Positions 19,856 to 28,685 of a stretch of DNA of 64,000 nucleotides are shown here, piece by piece. The DNA comes from Candidatus Latescibacterota bacterium (GTDB taxonomy: Bacteria; Latescibacterota; UBA2968; UBA8231). The notes beneath the pieces were generated by a model. The model saw only the letters and a list, made by a program, of their open reading frames with translations. It was not told the DNA's origin and did not search any database. Where the stretch lies: positions 1,344,001 to 1,408,000 of the forward strand of contig CBDCSU010000006.1 in assembly GCA_965221775.1 (NCBI GenBank). The letters run 5' to 3'. Both the position numbers and the translations under genes were made by a program. Each line of letters starts with the position of its first letter. The stretch's first letter is position 1.

Positions 19856-20008
19856 GCCCCCCGGGGCCGGCCACGGAAGAGCCACTATTTTCTTGTATGG
19901 TGACCCGGGATTGGTTACCTTGGATCGCTATCCGGTTCACGAACCTCCGGCGCCGCGGAGCGCCAGCTTCAGATTCCTTCCCCATCTCCCATGCAAGGAG
20001 AGAGAACC

Positions 20009-20935
20009 ATGTTCAGATGCGCGCAGATGATCGTCGTCGGCGTTCTCGCCGTTTCCACGGCGGTCTTCGCCCACATCCCCGAGGATGAGGTTCGGAACAC
20101 GGTGCAGTTCCCGGCCGGCGCCGAGCCCACCATCGACGGTGACTGCTCCGATTGGGACGCGGTCCCCGCCGATCAGTACTGGCTCACCAACGCCGATCTC
20201 TATCCCTTCAACGACTGGCAGCCCGAAGGGACTCAGAAGGGCGACGCCGATCCCAGTTCCTTCGATGCCACCATCCGGGTCGGCTGGAGCGCCAGCACGG
20301 GGCAGATCTACTACTGCAACTCGATCTTCGATGACGTCCATGTCATCGACCGCCCCGATTCCTACGACTGGTACAACGACGACTGCAGCGAGTACTTCTT
20401 CACCACCCGCCACCTCTCCGAGCAGGAAGTGAGAGACCTGGCCGGCGAGAACGTCAACACCTACTGGGGCTTCAACTATGCCCTGCCGCGGCTGCCCGAT
20501 CCCGACGCCTTCTGGATGGTCATCGGCATCTGCATCGGCTGCGACTGGCTCGACAGCGGCGACAACGAGTTCTACACCCTGGTGCACAGCTTTGATGGTG
20601 AGGAGTTCGGCGAGAGCACCTACCATTACGAGCACCGAGTGGCCCCCATCGACTCGTGGGTCGGCGGTCTCGACGCTGAGGACAAGTCTCCAGACATGAT
20701 CACCACCACCACCCTCAGCGAGGGTCAGACGATCCACATCACCTTCTTCAACACCGACGACGACGCCAACCTGCCTGACAACGCCCAGGGAGGCCCCGCG
20801 TGGTCCACCAGGCCAGGCGGCTCGGGAACATGGCTGGGACAGGGCGACTTCTTCCTGGAGCCCGTCAACCCCTCCATCAACTTCCCGACGGCTGTCGAAT
20901 CGAAGAGCTGGGGCAGGATCAAGGCTCAGTTCTGA
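20009..20935 (+). CDS. Exported CBM9/DOMON-like protein with C-terminal 'TAVESKSWGRIK' tail
   Basis: AAGGAG RBS; signal peptide (…TAVFA-H); PTIDGDCSDW and 'DDVH…W.NDD.SEY' pattern typical of CBM9-like sugar-binding domains; acidic composition. Confidence 0.65.
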   Translation: MFRCAQMIVVGVLAVSTAVFAHIPEDEVRNTVQFPAGAEPTIDGDCSDWDAVPADQYWLTNADLYPFNDWQPEGTQKGDADPSSFDATIRVGWSASTGQIYYCNSIFDDVHVIDRPDSYDWYNDDCSEYFFTTRHLSEQEVRDLAGENVNTYWGFNYALPRLPDPDAFWMVIGICIGCDWLDSGDNEFYTLVHSFDGEEFGESTYHYEHRVAPIDSWVGGLDAEDKSPDMITTTTLSEGQTIHITFFNTDDDANLPDNAQGGPAWSTRPGGSGTWLGQGDFFLEPVNPSINFPTAVESKSWGRIKAQF

Positions 20936-20968
20936 GGCTTCGCAGTTCAGAAGTCTCCCTTTAACTCG

Positions 20969-21007
20969 CGCTGGGCAGGTCTGACGACCTGTCCAGCGTT
21001 TTTTTTT
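20969..21007 (+). terminator. Rho-independent terminator
   Basis: 13-bp stem CGCTGGGCAGGTC / GACCTGTCCAGCG (one G-U pair), 4-nt loop TGAC, followed by 9 T, just downstream of the 20009..20935 gene. Confidence 0.85.
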
Positions 21008-21008
21008 C

Positions 21009-21518
21009 TCACAGCCCGAGTCGTTCGAACGTTCGAAGCGGCAGGAACAAGCGTCGGGGCTCCGACGGGAAGGGTGTGAACCCATAGCGTTCGTAGAAGG
21101 CGCTGGCGCGGTCGTGAAGAGCATCGACGACGACGGCATAGACGCCGATCGTGTCGGCCGCTCGGACGATACGATGGATCGCATCGAGCAGGAGGGTTTC
21201 GCCGAGCCCGCGCCCCTGGCTGCGAAGGTCGACCGCCAGCCGACCCACCACCGCCGCCGGCACGGGATAGTGGGGCAGGCGCCTGGCGAGCTCTTCCGGC
21301 AGATCGTCCTTCTCGAAGTTCGCCGCGCTCAGCGTGTAGTAGCCGGCAATCTGTCCGGGAGCCCCGCCCGGGGCGACGAAGACCCGGGCGACACGCCGCC
21401 GGGAATCCTGGGAGGCCTGCCGGCGAATGTAGGTGTCGAGGGACGGTTCCCCACAGGAAAAGGACGCCCGGTCGTGATGCGGACCGAGCGGCTCGACCGT
21501 GAGCGGGTGTTCACCCAC
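21009..21518 (-). CDS. GNAT acetyltransferase toxin (TacT/AtaT-like)
   Basis: HDRASFSCGEPSLDTY, GYYTLSA, GRLAVD..QGRGLG..LL.DA, VVDA…FYERYGF; overlaps its antitoxin gene. Confidence 0.92.
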   Translation of the reverse strand: MGEHPLTVEPLGPHHDRASFSCGEPSLDTYIRRQASQDSRRRVARVFVAPGGAPGQIAGYYTLSAANFEKDDLPEELARRLPHYPVPAAVVGRLAVDLRSQGRGLGETLLLDAIHRIVRAADTIGVYAVVVDALHDRASAFYERYGFTPFPSEPRRLFLPLRTFERLGL

Positions 21519-21795
21519 CGATGCGCTGGCGGTAGCGCCGGGCGGCCCTCCTCAGGGCCGCGTTCGGGGCGGGGGGGTTGAGCAGAGCGTCGTGGAAGGC
21601 GTCCCAGTCCGTCTCAGGGAGCACGATCCGCTCGCGCTCCTCGATCACCCGCTCCGCCGCCGCCACGGCGTTGCTCAGCACGAAGCGGCTGACCGTGGTT
21701 TCCTCGTAAGACGCCGCCCGTTCGAGCTTGCGCTTGCTCTTGGGGTCGAGGCGCAAATGCACCCGTTCGTGCTTCGTTTCGGCGATCTTGGCCAT
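21511..21795 (-). CDS. DUF1778 ribbon-helix-helix antitoxin (TacA/AtaR-like)
   Basis: 94 aa: K.ERVHLRL…KLERAA…TVSRFVL..A…I.L…WDAF.DALLNPP.PN.AL; directly upstream of the GNAT toxin. Confidence 0.92.
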   Translation of the reverse strand: MAKIAETKHERVHLRLDPKSKRKLERAASYEETTVSRFVLSNAVAAAERVIEERERIVLPETDWDAFHDALLNPPAPNAALRRAARRYRQRIGG

Positions 21796-21831
21796 CAGGG
21801 GGGTCTCCAGTGTGAGATTCCGATGGAAACA

Positions 21832-21848
21832 TGCGCCAATATGGCGTA
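21832..21848. promoter_or_regulatory. Probable antitoxin operator (inverted repeat) in the TA promoter
   Basis: TGCGCCA-ATA-TGGCGTA near-perfect palindrome about 37 bp upstream of the antitoxin ATG, next to a minus-strand TTGCAG (-35-like, 21851-21856). Confidence 0.55.
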
Positions 21849-21864
21849 CACTGCAAGAGTGACC

Positions 21865-23793
21865 ATGGAACGCCGGCACTGGATCAGCCTGAGCCTGCTG
21901 GCCCTGGTAGCACTTGCCGTGCGGGTGATCTACCTGCTCCAGGCGGACGACAGTCCCCTGTTCTACCACCCCATCGTCGATGCCCGCACCTATGTGCGCA
22001 CGGCTCTGCACCTGGCCGAGGGGCAGTGGCTGGGTCCGCCCCAGCCGTTCTGGCAGCCGCCCCTGTATCCCTACTTTCTCGCCGGGTCTTTCGCCCTCTT
22101 CGGAGAGAGCTACCACCTGCCCCGGCTCGTGCAGGCCCTCTCCGGGACGGCGGTCTGCCTGCTGGTCTTCCACCTGGGACGCCGCGCCTTCTCTCCCGCC
22201 GCTGGCTGGATCGCCACCGGCGCCGCCGCCCTCTACGGCCCCTTCCTCTACTTCGAGGGCGAGTTGCTGCCCGCCGCCCTGGCCGTCTTCCTCAACGCCC
22301 TGGCACTGGCCGCCCTGCTGTGGGCCGGCGGGGGCCGTTCCACTTGGCGCTGGCTGGCCGCGGGTCTGCTCCTGGGCCTGGCCGCCCTGAACGTGCCCAG
22401 CGTGCTCCTCTTCATACCCCTTGCTCTCGCCTGGGCCCGGCTCCGGGCGCGGGCGTCCCTGCCCGCCCTCGGTGCCCTTGTCCTGGGCGTCATCCTGGCC
22501 GTCTCGCCGGTCACCCTTCGCAACCGCATCGTCGGCGGCGAGTGGGTGCCGATCTCCTACAACGCCGGGATCAACTTCTACATCGGCAACAACCCCGACT
22601 CCGGGCGCACCACGAGAATCCGCCCCGGCCGCGACTGGCAGGAGCTGACGGCCATGCCGGAGCGGGAAGCCGGGATCACCGAAAAGGGAGCCTCCTCGAG
22701 ATACTTCTTCGGGCGCTCGCTGGAGTACCTCGCAGGTGATCCCGGGGGCTATCTGCTCCTGCAGCTGCGCAAGCTCCACCAATTCTGGCGCGGCGACGAG
22801 ATCCCCCGGAACCTGGACCCCTACTTCGCCCGGAGCGGATCCTGGCTGCTGCAGGGACTGCTGTGGATACGGGGGCTGGCCTTCCCCTTCGGCCTGGTGG
22901 GGCCACTCGCCCTGACCGGGCTGGTCCTGTATCTGCGGAGTCCCCCGGCGCGGTCGCCGGCGGGGGACCTGCTGCTGCTCTTCGCCGCGGCCTACATGCT
23001 GGCCGTGGTCCTGTTCTTCGTCACCGGACGCTACCGGCTGCCGATGATCCCCTCACTGCTGCTCTTCGCAGGGTACGGGGTGACGCGGCTGTCCCAGCTG
23101 CGGGGGCGGCGGCTGGCCCTGGGGCTCGCCCTGCCGGCCGTCCTGGGGCTCGCCCTCAACACCGGGGTCCCGGCCATGGAGATGGAGGGAGGCAGCCAGG
23201 AGCACCTCTACCTGGCGTCGGCCTACGCCGAGCAGGGCCTGCAGGCCAACGCGCTCCGCCATTACGACGAGGCCCTGAAGCGCGAGCCGGACCACGAGAT
23301 CGCCCTCCACGACGCCGGCGCCCTGCTCGCCCGGCGCGGCGACGTCCGCCGGGCGGCGGAGACCTGGGAGCGCCTGCTGCATCACTACCCCGACCGCTCC
23401 GACGTCCGCTTCCGGTTGGCCGCCATGAGCCAGGACACGGGCGATCATGCCGCGGCGATCCCGCATCTGGAGCGGCTGGCCGCCGATGAGCCGGGGCGCG
23501 CCGTCTTCCACGCGCGGCTGGCCTGGTCCCGCCGCGAGGTCGGCGATCTGGAGGGGGCCGCCCGCGCCTACCGCCGCGCCCTGGAGCTGGATCCCGCGGC
23601 GCTGTCCCTGCACCGGCAACTGGCGCGGCTGGAGATCCGCCGCGGCAACGCGGACGCGGCCATGCCCCACGTGCGGGCCCTGGAACGCCACGCCGGCGAG
23701 GACCCCGCCGCCCGGCGGGAGGTGGAGGAACTCCACCGGCTTCTGGCCACGGCGGCCGGACCGCCGGCGGCCTCCGGGACGGGGCGTCCGTGA
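21865..23793 (+). CDS. GT-C (ArnT/PMT/GT39-like) glycosyltransferase fused to TPR repeats
   Basis: PIVDARTY first loop, FWQPPLYPYFLA, NAGINFYIGNN, FFVTGRYRLP, multiple TM helices, C-terminal TPR helices (YRRALELDP). Confidence 0.8.
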   Translation: MERRHWISLSLLALVALAVRVIYLLQADDSPLFYHPIVDARTYVRTALHLAEGQWLGPPQPFWQPPLYPYFLAGSFALFGESYHLPRLVQALSGTAVCLLVFHLGRRAFSPAAGWIATGAAALYGPFLYFEGELLPAALAVFLNALALAALLWAGGGRSTWRWLAAGLLLGLAALNVPSVLLFIPLALAWARLRARASLPALGALVLGVILAVSPVTLRNRIVGGEWVPISYNAGINFYIGNNPDSGRTTRIRPGRDWQELTAMPEREAGITEKGASSRYFFGRSLEYLAGDPGGYLLLQLRKLHQFWRGDEIPRNLDPYFARSGSWLLQGLLWIRGLAFPFGLVGPLALTGLVLYLRSPPARSPAGDLLLLFAAAYMLAVVLFFVTGRYRLPMIPSLLLFAGYGVTRLSQLRGRRLALGLALPAVLGLALNTGVPAMEMEGGSQEHLYLASAYAEQGLQANALRHYDEALKREPDHEIALHDAGALLARRGDVRRAAETWERLLHHYPDRSDVRFRLAAMSQDTGDHAAAIPHLERLAADEPGRAVFHARLAWSRREVGDLEGAARAYRRALELDPAALSLHRQLARLEIRRGNADAAMPHVRALERHAGEDPAARREVEELHRLLATAAGPPAASGTGRP

Positions 23794-25697
23794 GCTCCCT
23801 GCGGGCCACGTACAGGGCCCTCTTTCTGGGCGCCCTCGGGTGCCTGCTGGTGGGGGCGGGCTCCCAGTACACGGACATGATGCTCAAGCGCTCCGGCTTC
23901 ACCGGCTGGTACTACACGCCCGGCGCGCTGATCATCCTCTTCACGATCATCCTCGTCTTCAACCCCCTCACCGGCCTCATGCGCCGGCGGTGGATGCTGT
24001 CACCCGCCGAGCTGGCGCAGATGTACGTCATGTGGATCGTCGGCTCGGCGGTGGCCACCTGCGGCATCGTCTCGTACCTGCTGCCCATACTGACGTCCGC
24101 CGTCTACTACGCCAGCCCGGAGAACAACTGGGGCTACGAGTTGCTGCCCCTGATCCCGGACTGGGCGATCCCCACCAAGGAGTTCGGCGAGATCAAGGAC
24201 TTCTACGAGGGCGCCCCCGGGGGAGGCGTGCCCTGGGGGCTGTGGCTGCCGCCCCTGCTCCACTGGCTGCCGCTGGCCCTCTCCCTGCACCTGGCCATGA
24301 TCGCCATCATGGTCATCCTGCGAAGGCAATGGGTCCACCACGAGCGCCTGATCTTCCCCATGACCCAGCTGCCGATCTCCATGATCGACGACGGCGACTC
24401 CCCGGGGCTGATCAAGCCGCTCTTCAAGAGCTGGCTGTTCTGGCTCGGTTTCGCCATCCCCTTCCTCATCCAGTGCTACAACGGCATAAACCGCCACTTC
24501 TGGTTCCTGCCCATCATCCCCATCGGCGGCTACTACCTCCACTTCTTCGAAGACCAGCTGCGCCTGCGCATCGGCATCAACTTCATGATGATCGGCTTCA
24601 CCTACCTGGTGCGGCGCGAGGTCTCCCTCGGCTTCTGGGTCTTCGCCATCCTCAACTTCGCCCAGGAAGCGCTGATGATCACCCTGGGGGTGGAGCGTAT
24701 CGATCCCCTCTTCAGCCCCTGGTCGCGGGGCGGCACCATCGCCTCCCACCAGGGGTTCGGCGCCTTCCTGGTCCTCGCCCTCTTCAGCCTGTGGAACGGC
24801 CGCCGCCACATCCGCAGGGTCTTCGCCCATGCCTTCGGCCGGGGCCCGCGGATGGACGACGGCGACGAGATTCTCTCCTACCGGGGGGCGGTGCTGCTGC
24901 TGTTGGGTTGCCTCGGCTTCATGTGCTTCTGGCTGTGGCAGGCGGGGATGCCGGCGTGGATCACGGTGGTCTTCCTCTTCCTGGCCTTCATCCTCTTCCT
25001 CGGCATCACCCGCATCATCTCCGAGGGAGGACTGCCCTACTTGGTGACGCCCATGGTGGCCTCCGACGTGGTCATCGGGGGGATCGGCACCCGGGCCCTG
25101 GGGCTGACCGGCATCGCCGCCCTCTCCCTAACCTACATGTGGGCCAGCGACATCATCACCTTCGTCATGGTCTCCTGCTCCAACGGGCTCAAGATCGTCG
25201 AGGAGCACGTGAAGAAGGGACGGCGGCTGATCTTCCCCAGCATGGTGGTGGCCCTCGTCGTCTCCATGGGCGGCTCCGCCTGGGTGATGCTGAGCATCGC
25301 CTACGAGCACGGCGGGCTGAACACCTCCCACTACTTCCTCGAGCAGACCCAGTATCCGTGGCAGGACGCGCTGGCGCGGGTGCGCTCCTCGGTGGGGCCG
25401 AAGTGGGAGTACTGGGGCTACATGACCATCGGCGGCAGCATCATGGCCGGACTCATGCTTCTGCGCCAGCAGCTCGTCTGGTGGCCCCTGCACCCCATCG
25501 GTTTCCCCATCAGCCTGGTGATCCACAAGATGTTCTTCACCGTGCTGTTGGCCTGGCTGCTGAAGACGATCATCCTCAACTACGGCGGCCCCCGCCTGTT
25601 CACGCGGATGCGGCCCTTCTTCCTGGGGCTGATCCTCGGCGACTTCCTGCCCCTGGGGGTTCTGCTGCTCCTCGACCAGATCGCCTTACGCCTGTAG
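23790..25697 (+). CDS. DUF6785/DUF6784-like polytopic membrane protein (putative transporter)
   Basis: Highly hydrophobic; YYASPENNW, LRRQWV.HERL.FP..QLP, WWPLHPIGF, PFFLGLILG. Start overlaps the upstream stop. Confidence 0.75.
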   Translation: MSSLRATYRALFLGALGCLLVGAGSQYTDMMLKRSGFTGWYYTPGALIILFTIILVFNPLTGLMRRRWMLSPAELAQMYVMWIVGSAVATCGIVSYLLPILTSAVYYASPENNWGYELLPLIPDWAIPTKEFGEIKDFYEGAPGGGVPWGLWLPPLLHWLPLALSLHLAMIAIMVILRRQWVHHERLIFPMTQLPISMIDDGDSPGLIKPLFKSWLFWLGFAIPFLIQCYNGINRHFWFLPIIPIGGYYLHFFEDQLRLRIGINFMMIGFTYLVRREVSLGFWVFAILNFAQEALMITLGVERIDPLFSPWSRGGTIASHQGFGAFLVLALFSLWNGRRHIRRVFAHAFGRGPRMDDGDEILSYRGAVLLLLGCLGFMCFWLWQAGMPAWITVVFLFLAFILFLGITRIISEGGLPYLVTPMVASDVVIGGIGTRALGLTGIAALSLTYMWASDIITFVMVSCSNGLKIVEEHVKKGRRLIFPSMVVALVVSMGGSAWVMLSIAYEHGGLNTSHYFLEQTQYPWQDALARVRSSVGPKWEYWGYMTIGGSIMAGLMLLRQQLVWWPLHPIGFPISLVIHKMFFTVLLAWLLKTIILNYGGPRLFTRMRPFFLGLILGDFLPLGVLLLLDQIALRL

Positions 25698-25721
25698 GGA
25701 GGCCCGAGCCGGGCGGACACG

Positions 25722-26603
25722 TCAGCTCCCCGGATTCGCCATTCCTTCGGCCTCCCAGCCCTCGGACAAGGCCTTGCACTCGGCGGCGACCTGTTCCGCC
25801 GTCGCCTCCGTGCTCGACGTCATTGCCTCTATCGTCCACGCACCATCGAAGCCGATCGCCGCGAGGGCCTCCCCCACGGCGGACCAGTCGATGACGCCGC
25901 GCCCCGGGACCCAGTGGCAGTCCTCCTGACCATCGACGTCCTGTATGTGCAGGGCGCAGAGCCTCTCCGAGGCGATGCGCGCCTGCTCGGCCGGATCGAG
26001 GCCGCTGATGCAGGCGTGCCCCGTGTCCAGGCAGAGCCCCACGTGCTCGGGGGGAAAGCCGGCGATGAAGGCGCGCAGTTCCGCCATCGACGACAGGGGG
26101 CGGAAGGGGTTCCTCGTCTTGCTCCCCAGGTTCTCCAGGGCCATGCGCACCCCGGTCTCCTCCGCCACCGCGACCAGCTCGCTCACGGAGCGGTGGCTGC
26201 GCTCCATCACCGCCCCCCGGTTCTCCAACGCATACGGTTCCTCATCGGGGGTGGGGTGGCCCGTGGGATGGACGATGGCGGTCCGTCCGCCGACCTCCCC
26301 CAGGTACCGCATCGCATCCGAGATGCGCGCGATGCTGTCGCGCCGGATCTCCTCGATCGAGCTGGCCAGGTTCACGGCCGTCAGCGGTGTGTGGATCGTG
26401 TGCGGGTAGATCCCCGTTCGCTCCAGGGCTTCGCGGCAGGGTCCCGCGTCGTGGGCCCCCGGTTTCTCCCACTCGGCGCCCTCGGCCATCAGTTCCACTT
26501 CGCCGAAGCCGGCGGCGGCGATCGCCTCGAGGGTTGCCGCGAGATCCCTTGGTTCGCCCTCGTCCAGGGAGAAGAGCCCTGCCGTCAAGCTGTACCTGGC
26601 CAT
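25722..26603 (-). CDS. Sugar phosphate isomerase/epimerase (xylose-isomerase-like TIM barrel)
   Basis: GFGEVEL, MALENL, LCLDTGH, LHIQD, H.VPGRGVIDW and TIE metal-binding motifs. Confidence 0.88.
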   Translation of the reverse strand: MARYSLTAGLFSLDEGEPRDLAATLEAIAAAGFGEVELMAEGAEWEKPGAHDAGPCREALERTGIYPHTIHTPLTAVNLASSIEEIRRDSIARISDAMRYLGEVGGRTAIVHPTGHPTPDEEPYALENRGAVMERSHRSVSELVAVAEETGVRMALENLGSKTRNPFRPLSSMAELRAFIAGFPPEHVGLCLDTGHACISGLDPAEQARIASERLCALHIQDVDGQEDCHWVPGRGVIDWSAVGEALAAIGFDGAWTIEAMTSSTEATAEQVAAECKALSEGWEAEGMANPGS

Positions 26604-26622
26604 GATGAACCTCCTTGTCGGG

Positions 26623-28614
26623 TTAGTAGTGATGCGAGAAGACGGGGACCTTGTTGCCGGTGCCCCCGGCGATGAGATCGACGACGAGCCAGAAGGCGGA
26701 GCACGAGATCTGGCCCAGGATGAAGCCCAGGAAGAGGGGGCGCAGCGAGCGGTAGAGGCGGACCCCGCCGTACCTGAGGATGAAGGCCTTGAAGACCGAG
26801 CCCAGGAAGATGCTGAACCAGCTCGCCGAGGTCATGTTGGTGGCGCTCACGGCGAAGCCGATGTAGTGCACGGGCCACCACAGCAGGTGATGGCGGGCCC
26901 AGATGAGGGCGGTCATGACGGCGCCGCCGACGCCGGTGAAGAGCAGCCGCGGCCCCATGACGTCGAAGGGATCCAGCAGGCTCACGGGGTTCAGGATCTT
27001 GTAGGCGGTGAAGTTGGCGGGGCTCTTGGCCATGGCCTGGTAGGCCCACAACTCCAGGTTGATGCCGCCGCGGTCGTAGGCCAGGTAGATGACCAGCCAG
27101 ACCGAGGAGAGCAGGCTCACCAGCATGGCCACCGCCATGGCCCAGAACAGGGGCCGGCGCATGGCGCCGACGCGCTCGGCCAGCTTCATGCCGTTGATCG
27201 CCGAGGCCATGAGCAGGATGCGCAGGTTGCCGGCCCAGCTGAAGGTCATGGCCAGGCTGAAGAGGCCCGAGGCGGTGACGTTGTGGGTGCCGAGGAAGTT
27301 GATGACGATCGTCTGGGCCGTCATCTGGGGCCGGATGAAGCCCAGGCCGCTCTCGGCGATGAGGCGCGCCATGAAGAGGAAGACGCCGAAGGCGACGAGC
27401 AGAAAGACGACGGTCACCCACAGGGGCACCCCCGACAGCGTCAGCCAGACCGTCACGTACAGACTGCAGACGCCCAGGATGGCGGCGGCGGCCCGGTAGG
27501 AGAGCATCTCGCCGCTGTCGTCGATGGCCCCGGGCCCGGAGCGCCAGACCTTGCGGGCCACCTCCCTCAGGTGGCCGCGGGCGGTCCAGATGCCGTAGCC
27601 GATGACGGCGAGCATCGCCCCCATGCCCTGGTGGGCCAGCATGAGCGTCCCCTCCATGAACTTCTCGATCTCCCCCGACAGCCGGTAGCCGATGGTGTAC
27701 TGGATCCCCATCTGCACGTCGGCTAGCAGGTGGAACACCCACAGGCTGGAGGAGAGGGCGAAACTGAGGAAGTAGGAGAGGCCGAGGACGGTGAAGCTCA
27801 GGAGGATCTCCATGGCGCCCCAGTCGCGGAAGGGCACGATGATGGTGTAGAGATCGACCTTGGGAACGACGGGGAAGTAGTAGTTGAGACCGTAGGTGCT
27901 GAGCAGGCAGAAGGGCACCAGGAACCCCACCCACATGAGAGGGCTCTTCAGGAAGGGGCCGAAGCGGTCGCCGGGGCGGCCCTCCTCGATCATCTGCAGG
28001 GGCAGCTGCACGAGGGGGAAGAGGAGGCGCTCGTGCTCCACCCACTGGCGGCGCAGCAGCACCATGAGGGTGATCATCATCAAGTAGATGGCGACGATGA
28101 AGGTGAGCCAGGCGGCCAGGGGCACGCCCCACGCTTCCCAGGGGATGGAGGCGCCCTCGGGCAGGCCCTCGAAGAAGTAGGTGACGGCGTCCTCGTCGTC
28201 GACCAGCATCCAGCTGTGGAGATGGGGATGGACCAGCTCGGCCCACTCGTTCTCGCGGGTGGCGAAGTAGTAGACCGCCGGCAGCATGGGGATCAGGTTG
28301 GCCGAGAAACCCCAGGTGGGGATTGTCGAGGCGATGATGAGCATCACGTAGACGACGGCCAGCTCGCCCCGGGTGAAGGCCCAGGGCCGGTGCACCAGCT
28401 TTAGGAAGGGGTTGAGGAAGGCGGTTAGGAGGAAGAAGACGGCCACCGCGCCGGCGGTGATGTAGTCGGAGTTCATGCCGGCCGTGGACAGGGCCAGCCG
28501 GCAGTAGGCGAAGCCGACGCTGATGATCGGGGAGAGCAGCGCCCCGGCGACGATGCTGCGGGCGAAGCGCAGCCGCGGCTCGCCGACGGCCTGAGGGCCG
28601 CTGGATTCTTCCAT
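26623..28614 (-). CDS. DUF6785/DUF6784-like polytopic membrane protein (second copy)
   Basis: YYFATRENEW, LRRQWVEHERLLFPLVQLP, HQGMGA, WWPVHYIGF, PLFLGFILG; colinear with 23790..25697. Confidence 0.75.
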   Translation of the reverse strand: MEESSGPQAVGEPRLRFARSIVAGALLSPIISVGFAYCRLALSTAGMNSDYITAGAVAVFFLLTAFLNPFLKLVHRPWAFTRGELAVVYVMLIIASTIPTWGFSANLIPMLPAVYYFATRENEWAELVHPHLHSWMLVDDEDAVTYFFEGLPEGASIPWEAWGVPLAAWLTFIVAIYLMMITLMVLLRRQWVEHERLLFPLVQLPLQMIEEGRPGDRFGPFLKSPLMWVGFLVPFCLLSTYGLNYYFPVVPKVDLYTIIVPFRDWGAMEILLSFTVLGLSYFLSFALSSSLWVFHLLADVQMGIQYTIGYRLSGEIEKFMEGTLMLAHQGMGAMLAVIGYGIWTARGHLREVARKVWRSGPGAIDDSGEMLSYRAAAAILGVCSLYVTVWLTLSGVPLWVTVVFLLVAFGVFLFMARLIAESGLGFIRPQMTAQTIVINFLGTHNVTASGLFSLAMTFSWAGNLRILLMASAINGMKLAERVGAMRRPLFWAMAVAMLVSLLSSVWLVIYLAYDRGGINLELWAYQAMAKSPANFTAYKILNPVSLLDPFDVMGPRLLFTGVGGAVMTALIWARHHLLWWPVHYIGFAVSATNMTSASWFSIFLGSVFKAFILRYGGVRLYRSLRPLFLGFILGQISCSAFWLVVDLIAGGTGNKVPVFSHHY

Positions 28615-28685
28615 CCCGCAAAGAAAGGGGCTGGTTGTGTACCCTGTCGATATCCCCGTCCTTACCGGGCAGGAAGGAGGAGACT

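Noticed and set aside
4551-19885. Very long minus-strand ORFs (4551..7658, 11594..14560, 14434..17745, 17408..19885)
   Set aside because: Typical stop-free antisense frames of high-GC genes, with no recognisable motifs.
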